From Bacteroidota bacterium (GTDB taxonomy: Bacteria > Bacteroidota > Ignavibacteria > UBA10030 > SZUA-254): a stretch of 64,000 nt of DNA. The position numbers were made by a program, and so were the translations under genes. Where the stretch lies: assembly GCA_049515655.1 (NCBI GenBank), contig JBEKTW010000007.1, positions 64,648-128,647 on the forward strand, in the 5' to 3' direction. Every line of letters begins with the position of its first letter. The first letter of the stretch is position 1. The notes beneath the pieces are model-generated. The model ran no database searches. It saw nothing but the letters and a program-made list of their open reading frames with translations, and was not told where the DNA came from. Positions 55,570 to 64,000 of this stretch are shown here, piece after piece.

Positions 55570-56280
55570 ATGCTTCACACTCTCTATAAATCTTTCGCCG
55601 CTCCAGTACTGGAGTTTATCTATCCCCCAGTCTGCGCGGCGTGCGGGCAGCGACTGGATGGGGAAACGACAATCGTTTGCTCGCAGTGCTGGTTGTCCTT
55701 TCGGGAGGTTCACAGGAACGATGAAGTCTGGCTGGAGCTGGAAGCCCGGCTGGTCGCCGGAAACGCCGTTCAAGACATTCTCTCATGCTTTCTATTTGAA
55801 AAGGAGGGACCACTGCAGCTCACCATCCATTTACTTAAGTATCAGGGGATGAAATCGCTGGGCGTCCGGCTTGGAAGGGAGATAGGAAAACGCATTCAAT
55901 CAAACTGTTCCTTTTCGTCGGCTGATTATCTTGTGCCGGTTCCCTTGCACAGGTCAAAAGAGCGTGAGCGGGGCTATAATCAGAGTGACTATATCTGCAA
56001 AGGCATTGCAGAAACAACGCTTCTACGCGTGCATCCTTCTCTCCTCAAACGAAATAAATACACTCAATCCCAGACGCAGTTGAGTATTGAACAGCGGAAC
56101 GAAAACGTTGACGATGCCTTTGAGGTGCATCAGCCGTTCGAATCCGATGTCGGGGGAAAAATGTTTATCCTTGTTGATGACGTCATCACCACCGGCTCGA
56201 CGATCGCGGCGTGTGCGAGAGTTCTTACGGCACACGGAGCAAAGCGGGTTCTCGCCGCATCTGTTGCGCTGGCGCAGTAG
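55570..56280 (+). CDS. comF: ComF-family phosphoribosyltransferase-like protein
   Basis: ATG 55570 preferred over the GTG at 55492. Zinc-finger cysteines PPVCAACGQ..VCSQC; PRTase motif FILVDDVITTGSTI. Confidence 0.8.
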   Translation: MLHTLYKSFAAPVLEFIYPPVCAACGQRLDGETTIVCSQCWLSFREVHRNDEVWLELEARLVAGNAVQDILSCFLFEKEGPLQLTIHLLKYQGMKSLGVRLGREIGKRIQSNCSFSSADYLVPVPLHRSKERERGYNQSDYICKGIAETTLLRVHPSLLKRNKYTQSQTQLSIEQRNENVDDAFEVHQPFESDVGGKMFILVDDVITTGSTIAACARVLTAHGAKRVLAASVALAQ

Positions 56281-56345
56281 CCGTGTCCAGACCCGTCTCT
56301 TCCTTCTCCGTCTCCCTGAGTGGGCCACCGGAGGCGGCGAGTCGC

Positions 56346-56448
56346 GTGACAGGTGCCTGCTGAGTTACCCTCACCCCGTAACCCCTCTCCCAATTTTGGG
56401 AGAGAGGTGTTGAGCCCCGCTTCATGAGCGGGGCGAAACGCGGAGAGG
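56346..56448 (+). repeat. nested palindromic REP/MITE-like element, copy R4
   Basis: GTGACAGGTGCCTGCTGAGTTACCCTCACCCCGTAACCCCTCTCCC-AATTTT-GGGAGAGAGG..GCCCCGC-TTCATGA-GCGGGGC.. An inverted counterpart lies at 28280-28421. Confidence 0.85.
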
Positions 56449-56729
56449 ATCAAAGCGTCTCCTCCACTTTTCAACAATATCGTTGTCGGCTATCTACGGA
56501 AACTTCTTCTCTCGGCATTACCAAGGGGGACGCGATTTTCCTTTGATCGCAGGGAGTTACAATGCTTTTCACGTTGCGAGGGCTTCGCCATACCTGCTTC
56601 TTCATCATACTCAGCACACGGCTCCAAACAGGAGCTCGCATAATAGTTGATTTTCTGTTGATTTCTTGGTACATTTTAACGAACGGAAAATCGACCTTTA
56701 TTCTCTTTTCTTGAAATCTCATCCACTAA

Positions 56730-57761
<1,032 letters not shown>

Positions 57762-57835
57762 TGTAAACCAAAGTTCAACCGCGGCTAACGATGAACTTTC
57801 GTCGTTAGCCGTTTTCATTCTGAAGGGAATCAGCC

Positions 57836-59050
57836 ATGAACAAACTTACAATCGACGATATTCAACTCAAGAGCAAACGCGTGCTCGTGCGCGTGGATTT
57901 TAACGTCCCGATGGAAAATGGGAAAGTCACCGACGACACCCGCATCGTGGAATCTCTTCCTACAATAAAAAGGATCGTTCAGAACGGCGGAAGAGCGATT
58001 CTCATGAGTCACCTCGGACGCCCGAAAGGGAAACGAAATCTTGAATTTACACTCCAGCCCGTCGCGCAGCGATTGTCGGAACTCCTCGGCAAGCCGGTTC
58101 AGTTCGCTCCGGACTGCATTGGTGCCGAAGCGAAGACAGCAGTCGACAAACTGAAGGATGGCGATTGCCTGCTGCTGGAGAACCTGCGGTTCCATCCGGA
58201 AGAGGAGGCGAACGATGAGAACTTTTCGAAGTCGCTGGCTTCTCTCGGTGACGTGTATGTCAACGACGCTTTCGGCAGCGCACACCGTGCACACGCCTCG
58301 ACGGAAGGAATTACGCGCTTTCTGCAACCTGCCGTTGCCGGCTATCTCATGAAAAAGGAAATAGAATATCTCGGCAAAGCCACCGGCAAGCCAGATCGCC
58401 CCTACGTCGCGATTCTCGGCGGCGCAAAAATCTCTGGGAAGATCGACGTCATCCAAAATCTCATGAACATCGTCGACGTTCTACTCGTCGGCGGCGGAAT
58501 GATGTTCACGTTTTATAAAGCCCAGGGGCTTGAGATTGGCAATTCGCTGCTCGAAGCGGACAAAGTGGACCTGGCGAAGAAGATCCTGGCCGATGCCGCG
58601 AAACGTTCGATCAAACTTATCCTGCCCGTCGATTGCGTGGTCGCGGAAAAGGTCGAGGCGACCGCACCGTTTAAGACCGTTTCGGTTCGGCAGATTCCTT
58701 CCGGCTGGTCGGGCGTCGATATCGGTGAGGAAACCGTTCGGTTGTTCAAGGAGGAGCTCATGAAAGCTAAAACCGTCGTGTGGAACGGTCCGATGGGCGT
58801 TTTTGAGATGGACAACTTCGCAAAAGGAACGATGGCCATCGCCCGGACATTGGCCGAAATCACGAAACAGGGTGCAACGACGATCGTCGGCGGTGGAGAC
58901 TCAGCGGCGGCTATTGCGAAAGCCGGCCTGGCAAACGCCGTTTCGCATGTCTCGACCGGAGGCGGGGCATCGCTCGAATTCCTGGAGGGGAAAATTCTCC
59001 CCGGCGTGGCTGCGCTCAAGGATGCCGGCTCACAGGCAAGCGGTCGATAA
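57836..59050 (+). CDS. pgk: phosphoglycerate kinase
   Basis: 404 aa. [28 protein letters not shown]. Confidence 0.97.
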   Translation: MNKLTIDDIQLKSKRVLVRVDFNVPMENGKVTDDTRIVESLPTIKRIVQNGGRAILMSHLGRPKGKRNLEFTLQPVAQRLSELLGKPVQFAPDCIGAEAKTAVDKLKDGDCLLLENLRFHPEEEANDENFSKSLASLGDVYVNDAFGSAHRAHASTEGITRFLQPAVAGYLMKKEIEYLGKATGKPDRPYVAILGGAKISGKIDVIQNLMNIVDVLLVGGGMMFTFYKAQGLEIGNSLLEADKVDLAKKILADAAKRSIKLILPVDCVVAEKVEATAPFKTVSVRQIPSGWSGVDIGEETVRLFKEELMKAKTVVWNGPMGVFEMDNFAKGTMAIARTLAEITKQGATTIVGGGDSAAAIAKAGLANAVSHVSTGGGASLEFLEGKILPGVAALKDAGSQASGR

Positions 59051-59087
59051 TGAAACGTTTTCCCGGTTATCGGCGTTAATACTCCAT

Positions 59088-59990
59088 ATGTCCTATTACC
59101 GATACCAAAATTCGAGTTATTATCGCCCGTCGCTGTTTGGCGGCTTCAAGTTCTTTCCGCCGGTGATCAAATACCTGTTGATTTCGAACGTTGCGATCTT
59201 TTTCCTGGCAGACTTCATCAGCGTCTTCCGGATTGAGGGATTCCCCGTCGCTCCCATCATCGGCTACATCTTCGCCCTCTATCCGATCGGCAATGGGTTT
59301 CACGTGTGGCAGCTCGTGACTTACCTGTTCATGCATGGCGGCTTCATGCATCTTTTCATGAATATGTTCGCCCTCTGGATGTTTGGAATGGAGCTCGAAA
59401 ACACCTGGGGGTCGCGAAAGTTCCTGGGCTATTATATGCTGTGCGGTATCGGCGCGGGCCTGTCGAATCTGTTCATCGGACCACTTTTCGGACCCGCCGG
59501 CCCAACGGTGGGAGCCTCGGGTGCGATCTATGGCGTCCTGCTTGCGTTCGGAATATTGTTCCCCGACCGGCCGATTTTCATTTACTTTCTCCTTCCCATC
59601 CGTGCGCGATACTTCGTTCTCTTCTATATTCTGATGGAAGTGTACGCGGGCGTGACTGGCAGCCCCGACGGCGTGGCGCACTTCGCGCATCTCGGCGGCG
59701 CTGCGGTGGGGTTTGTCTATTTGATGGTCGATCAGGAGCGGCTTCCGGGCAAGCAGTTGTGGAGCCGGACGAGACAGCGGTTCACGACTCCCGAATATGC
59801 AGGAAGATTTTCGCCGTATGAAAAGGAGAACATCATCGATGCCAAGTATGATGATGTTCATGGCGAAGAGGATCACGTGAACCAGGAACAAATCGATGAG
59901 ATCCTCGACAAAATCAGCCAGCGGGGATACCAGAGTCTGACGGAAGAAGAGAAAAAGATTCTCTTCGAAGCAAGTAAGAAACTGAATTAG
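59088..59990 (+). CDS. rhomboid-family intramembrane serine protease
   Basis: ATG 59088. HLFMNMFALWMFG, catalytic Ser GASGAIYG, catalytic His HLGGAAVG. Charged helical C-terminal tail. Confidence 0.9.
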   Translation: MSYYRYQNSSYYRPSLFGGFKFFPPVIKYLLISNVAIFFLADFISVFRIEGFPVAPIIGYIFALYPIGNGFHVWQLVTYLFMHGGFMHLFMNMFALWMFGMELENTWGSRKFLGYYMLCGIGAGLSNLFIGPLFGPAGPTVGASGAIYGVLLAFGILFPDRPIFIYFLLPIRARYFVLFYILMEVYAGVTGSPDGVAHFAHLGGAAVGFVYLMVDQERLPGKQLWSRTRQRFTTPEYAGRFSPYEKENIIDAKYDDVHGEEDHVNQEQIDEILDKISQRGYQSLTEEEKKILFEASKKLN

Positions 59991-60001
59991 TATGAGGTTG
60001 A

Positions 60002-61141
60002 ATGGATTTTAACCTTCCCGTTCTTAACAACGCTCCGGGAGTCGAAATCCCGGCGGCAAAGCATCCGACGTACAAAGTTGGCATGCGTCGGAAAACACGG
60101 CAGGTAAACGTCGGTGGAGTCATGGTGGGCGGCAACGCGCCCATTTCCGTTCAAACCATGACGAAGACGAAGACCTCCGACGTCGAAGCTACCGTCGCGC
60201 AGATCCGCCAGGCGGCGGACGCCGGATGTGATATCGTTCGCGTCACGGTCAATGATAAAGAAGCAGCCGATGCGATGGCGGAAATTGTGAAGCGATCGCC
60301 GGTACCGGTGGTGGCAGACATTCACTTCAACCATATTTTCGCTCTCAAAGCTGTTGAAGCCAGGGTCGCAAAAGTCCGGATCAATCCGGGCAATATCGGC
60401 TCGCGCGACCGCATACGGCAGGTACTTACCGCCGCGAAAGAAAAAAACATTCCTATCCGCATCGGCGTTAATTCCGGTTCCCTCGAACAAGACATACTCG
60501 AAAAACACGGCTATCCGACGGCCGAGGCGCTCTACGAGAGCGCCATGCGCCACGTGGAAATTTGCACTGATTTCGGATTCCACGATGTCATCATCTCCGT
60601 GAAATCCACGGACGTAAAATTGATGATCGAAGCATACAGGCTGGTTGCCGAGCGGACGGATATCCCGCTTCATCTCGGCGTTACCGAAGCCGGTCCGACC
60701 AAAGTTGGAACGATTAAGTCGGCTGTCGGCATCGGGACGCTGCTTGCTGAGGGAATTGGCGACACCATTCGCGTTTCTCTTACGGACGACCCGGTCAAAG
60801 AAGTTGAGGTGGGGAAGGAAATCCTGCGCTCGCTCAGTCTCGCGTCGCGAAATGTCGAGCTCATCGCCTGCCCGACCTGCGGACGGCTGGAGGTGGATCT
60901 GTTCGGCATTATGAAACAGCTTGAGGAAAAGCTCGAAGGCGTGAAGAAACCGGTGAAGATCGCCGTCCTCGGATGTGTCGTCAACGGACCGGGCGAAGCG
61001 AGCGAAGCGGATATCGGCATCGCGGCCGGAAAGGGAGTCGCGATTCTCTATCGCAAAGGCGAAGTGATCAAGCGTGTGAAAGAAGAAGATATCGTGAAAA
61101 CAGTTCTTGAAGAAGTGGATAAATTCCAGCCCCAATCATAA
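60002..61141 (+). CDS. ispG: 4-hydroxy-3-methylbut-2-en-1-yl diphosphate synthase
   Basis: 379 aa, GcpE family. Cluster ligands ACPTCGR and GCVVNGPGE. Confidence 0.95.
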   Translation: MDFNLPVLNNAPGVEIPAAKHPTYKVGMRRKTRQVNVGGVMVGGNAPISVQTMTKTKTSDVEATVAQIRQAADAGCDIVRVTVNDKEAADAMAEIVKRSPVPVVADIHFNHIFALKAVEARVAKVRINPGNIGSRDRIRQVLTAAKEKNIPIRIGVNSGSLEQDILEKHGYPTAEALYESAMRHVEICTDFGFHDVIISVKSTDVKLMIEAYRLVAERTDIPLHLGVTEAGPTKVGTIKSAVGIGTLLAEGIGDTIRVSLTDDPVKEVEVGKEILRSLSLASRNVELIACPTCGRLEVDLFGIMKQLEEKLEGVKKPVKIAVLGCVVNGPGEASEADIGIAAGKGVAILYRKGEVIKRVKEEDIVKTVLEEVDKFQPQS

Positions 61142-61157
61142 ACGAAGGAAAGCTCCG

Positions 61158-61745
61158 ATGACCCAACATATCGTAATATCGCTAGCAGTTTGTCTTGCCG
61201 TCGCTGCCGCCGGACAGGTGAACGCGAAATCAAAGAAAGCCGACAAAACCGCCGGCAATGGTGTTCTGAACTTCACCATGACCACCATTGACGGAAAGCC
61301 GAAACCGCTTGCGGACTATAAGGGAAAGGTGCTGATGATCGTCAACACCGCGTCGAAATGCGGCTACACGCCTCAGTACGAGACGTTGGAGAAACTCTAC
61401 GAAACGTACAAGGACAAAGGGTTCGCGATTCTTGCTTTCCCTGCAAACAACTTCGGTCAGCAGGAACCCGGCACCGACGATCAGATCAAAACGTTCTGTT
61501 CGACGAAGTACAATGTCACGTTCGACCTTTTTTCAAAGATCAGCGTCAAAGGAAATGACCAGCACCCGTTGTATAAGTACATCACGAAACAGTCTCCTTT
61601 CCGCGGTGACATAAAGTGGAATTTCCAGAAGTACCTTGTGGACCGCTCCGGCAAAATTGTGAACCGGTTCATGTCCGCTGTCGACCCGATGTCGCAGGAT
61701 GTCCGGGACGCGGTCGAAAAACTCCTTGCCGAACCGGCGAAATAA
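61158..61745 (+). CDS. glutathione peroxidase (Cys-type), exported
   Basis: ATG 61158 with a signal peptide. NTASKCGYT (Cys at the redox position), FPANNFGQQEPG, WNFQKYL. Confidence 0.9.
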   Translation: MTQHIVISLAVCLAVAAAGQVNAKSKKADKTAGNGVLNFTMTTIDGKPKPLADYKGKVLMIVNTASKCGYTPQYETLEKLYETYKDKGFAILAFPANNFGQQEPGTDDQIKTFCSTKYNVTFDLFSKISVKGNDQHPLYKYITKQSPFRGDIKWNFQKYLVDRSGKIVNRFMSAVDPMSQDVRDAVEKLLAEPAK

Positions 61746-61826
61746 CCGCTGATGTCGTGTGATAGGACAAATGGGGTAATGATGGTTGTTCCTGCCTCCG
61801 GTCGCCTATAGTCCCCTGCCTGACTT

Positions 61827-63095
61827 GTGCTGAACGAAGTCAAATCGTCTTCTTTCATCGCCGTTATTGCAGTATCGATTCTTCTGAGGATTGCTTTCGC
61901 GTTTGCCACGCCTAACTGGCAGGCGCCGGATGAGTACCCGCATTTTTACGTACTGAAGCATCTCGCGCTGACAGGAAGTCTTGTCAAGAGCAAGCCGGAG
62001 TTTCCGACCTACGAGGGTTTTCAACCGCCGCTGTACTACTTCATCACTGCGCAGTTGTACAAAATTGTCCTGCCTTGGGACAAGCTTCCACCCGACCCCA
62101 ATTACTCGATAGACCCCGATACCGATACGCAGTCCCGCAACGGCGCTCTTATATTTTTGCGGCTGTTTTCGGTCGCACTGGGGACGCTCACCCTTCTTGT
62201 AATTTTCAAGATCGGCTTGTTGATTTTTCCAAATACTCCGGACTGTTCCCTGCTTACCCTGGCATTGGCAGGTTTCCTGCCGACGTTTATCGTCAACAGC
62301 GCGTCGGTCACGAATGATGCGCTCGCCAATTTGATTGGAGCGGTTTTATTGTGGATGCTGCTGCTGCCGCCAGGACGGTTTGAAGCCCTCTGGGTCGGAA
62401 TTGTCCTCGGCCTCGGCATGCTCACGAAAGCGAGTATATGGATGTTCGTGCTTCTGGTGCCAGTGGCATTATTTCTCCGGCAGAAAGATCTTGTTGCCGT
62501 TGCAAGAAAATCCTTCATTGTACTGCTGGTCGCGTTGGTAATTTCGGGCTGGTTCTTTCTACGAAATTTCAACAGGTATGGGAATATCCTCGCGATACTT
62601 CCGGGGTTCGAGAAGGTCTCTCCGCTTTCGGATCACACGCTGGCAGATTTCTGGCGGGTTGTTCGCAATATGAACTGGAGCTTCTGGGCTGCGGCCGGGC
62701 GGACGTATGAGATCCATCTGGCGCCGGTTGTTTATGTGGTAGTTTTTCTTCCTCTCACGCTGCTTGCGCTTGCCGGAGTTGCGAGAATGGCTTTCAAAAG
62801 GATTCCGATGGACTCAGGAAAATTTCCTTTTGAGATCTCCGGACATGCATTCCTGACGTTGGGTATTATTCTTGCTGCCGAAGTTCTTGCCGCAATGTAT
62901 TACAGCTTGATGTATCCCATCAACTGCGCGTGGGGAAAGTACGTATACCCAGTATTGCCGGCGATAGCGATCTTGTTTGTTACCGGGATGTACCGGATGC
63001 TCGGTGAGGCAATCGCTGGAAGAGTATTGCAGATTTTTAATCTGGTATTGTTGGGGGTTTCAGGCTATCTATTGTGGATGTTGGCTTCCGCGTAG
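61827..63095 (+). CDS. GT-C fold glycosyltransferase, family 39/ArnT-like membrane protein
   Basis: 422 aa, GTG start, about 11 TM. The first periplasmic loop carries APDEYPHFY (DE motif position). Confidence 0.55.
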   Translation: MLNEVKSSSFIAVIAVSILLRIAFAFATPNWQAPDEYPHFYVLKHLALTGSLVKSKPEFPTYEGFQPPLYYFITAQLYKIVLPWDKLPPDPNYSIDPDTDTQSRNGALIFLRLFSVALGTLTLLVIFKIGLLIFPNTPDCSLLTLALAGFLPTFIVNSASVTNDALANLIGAVLLWMLLLPPGRFEALWVGIVLGLGMLTKASIWMFVLLVPVALFLRQKDLVAVARKSFIVLLVALVISGWFFLRNFNRYGNILAILPGFEKVSPLSDHTLADFWRVVRNMNWSFWAAAGRTYEIHLAPVVYVVVFLPLTLLALAGVARMAFKRIPMDSGKFPFEISGHAFLTLGIILAAEVLAAMYYSLMYPINCAWGKYVYPVLPAIAILFVTGMYRMLGEAIAGRVLQIFNLVLLGVSGYLLWMLASA

Positions 63096-63295
63096 AGTCC
63101 GATTCGCAATCGGACGACGCTGGAAGTCCGGTCAGTTGACAAGATTGGTTTCTTCCCAACTAAACTTGGGACATCTCCATCTCGGCTGGATCCCACCCAA
63201 AAGCCCCGCATTCTTGGAAAATGATATCAGCAAATGGCATTCCCGGTTATGCGGAATAATGAAGAAGAATTGAGGGTTTCTCCCCGAAAACGTGC

Positions 63296-63324
63296 TTGAC
63301 TCAAATTCGAAAATTCGTTATCTT
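63296..63324 (+). promoter_or_regulatory. sigma70-type promoter of a ~110-nt leader or small RNA
   Basis: TTGACT (63296-63301), 17-nt spacer, TATCTT (63319-63324). Confidence 0.5.
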
Positions 63325-63398
63325 TTTATGACATCAATTTGGGGCGAATCATGAGGCTATTACATCTTCCCGATGGCAAACCCGTGAGTTCGAAAAAG

Positions 63399-63440
63399 AA
63401 CCCGCTAGTGCTGTATATGGCCGAGCGGGTTTTGTTATTC
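63399..63440 (+). terminator. rho-independent terminator/attenuator 19 nt upstream of the next start codon
   Basis: AACCCGCT / AGCGGGTT 8-bp stem followed by TTGTTATTCTT. Confidence 0.6.
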
Positions 63441-63458
63441 TTGGAAAGGACCTGACCG

Positions 63459-64000
63459 ATGAAAAAAGGGACGAACATCTCGTTGCTCATCTTCGTGGCT
63501 GCCGTTGTAAGCAGCCTCAATGCGCAGCCCACCATCATAACGATGGTTCCAGATTCAGTAACGGCGACCTCCGCGGTACTGCGGGGCCGATGTAATCCTC
63601 ATGGATCAGACGTGACCGTACATTTTGAAATCGGGCCAACGACCTACTACGGGTTGAGCTATTTAACGACTCCGGTGCATATCGGCGCAGGCAGTCAGGA
63701 TATTATCGTGAGGCAGCTGATTCTCGGACTTTCTCCGACCACGACCTACCACGTCCGCACAAGTGCATACATTGGTAACAATAACTCGGCAGGAGGCGGC
63801 GACCTCGTTTTCCTCACGACACCTGATTCCGAATCTGTAGGGTTTGCCGTTCCTCTGTTGCTGAAAGATACAACAGGACGCCCCATTGCTCCGGCGGCCC
63901 TTTTTGGCGTTCATTCGTTTGCCACGTATTGCCTGGATCCGAATCTGGGAGAGCACGAACTTCCGCCGCCGCCGCCGGGGGGAATGTCGCAGATAAAATT
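63459..64000 (+). CDS. secreted protein with Fn3-like repeat, 5' partial (runs off the window)
   Basis: Open frame from ATG 63459 to the window end; not in the ORF track because there is no stop. Signal peptide MKKGTNISLLIFVAAVVSSLNAQ. VTATSAVLRGRCNPHGSDVTVHFEIGPTTYYG resembles a common Fn3-like secreted-repeat pattern. Confidence 0.65.
   Translation, partial: MKKGTNISLLIFVAAVVSSLNAQPTIITMVPDSVTATSAVLRGRCNPHGSDVTVHFEIGPTTYYGLSYLTTPVHIGAGSQDIIVRQLILGLSPTTTYHVRTSAYIGNNNSAGGGDLVFLTTPDSESVGFAVPLLLKDTTGRPIAPAALFGVHSFATYCLDPNLGEHELPPPPPGGMSQIK

Noticed and set aside
56087-56477. ORFs 56087..56413, 56130..56477 and 56225..56425 with GEG.GVR-like peptides
   Set aside because: They are translations of REP element R4 and of the antisense strand of the comF 3' end. 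There is no independent coding evidence.
59987-61135. 382-aa ORF antisense to the entire ispG gene
   Set aside because: It is in the codon-complement frame of a clearly conserved gene. Its composition is Arg/Asp/Phe/His-rich and it has no recognisable motif. It is explained by the sense strand avoiding TTA/CTA/TCA codons (a shadow ORF).
61158-61745. Selenocysteine in the glutathione peroxidase
   Set aside because: The redox position is encoded by TGC (ASKCGYT), so this is a Cys-type enzyme with no in-frame TGA.

Overview
Chromosomal segment of a Gram-negative bacterium with moderate GC (roughly 50-55% by eye, not computed). It most likely belongs to the FCB group (Ignavibacteriota/Bacteroidota-like). 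Support: a T9SS C-terminal sorting domain, a CarboxypepD_reg-type outer-membrane barrel, and DUF5683 near parAB. The visible promoters are nevertheless canonical TTGnnn-17-TATATT. About 55 protein genes are supported, mostly housekeeping: smc, tpiA, sucC, P5C dehydrogenase, hicAB, a GH3/beta-lactamase fusion with a GlcNAc-kinase-like ATPase, parAB, ridA, an ECF sigma/anti-sigma unit, a TonB-dependent-type barrel, a Rieske/YceI/Sel1 cluster, hutH, spmAB-like genes, proline dehydrogenase, an OPT transporter, pepD, an MFS transporter, two CheY-like receivers, uvrB, comF, gap-pgk, a rhomboid protease, ispG and gpx. I found no rRNA, tRNA, CRISPR array, transposase or integrase. The outstanding feature is a family of small four-helix-bundle (23S-rRNA-IVS-protein/Avd-like) gene cassettes. 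There are four intact copies, one gene fragment and two gene-less relics. Each intact copy is inserted co-directionally into a short spacer between unrelated genes. For most copies the two flanks are low-complexity 'word' repeats that are mutually complementary, an rRNA-intervening-sequence-like architecture transplanted into mRNA spacers. The intergenic space also carries several families of GC-rich nested palindromic (REP/MITE-like) elements that create many spurious ORFs. Secondary leads are a Rieske + 4-TM His-rich membrane protein + YceI + Sel1 operon, a GH2 enzyme with a polytopic membrane tail, and a small ORF with an in-frame TGA.
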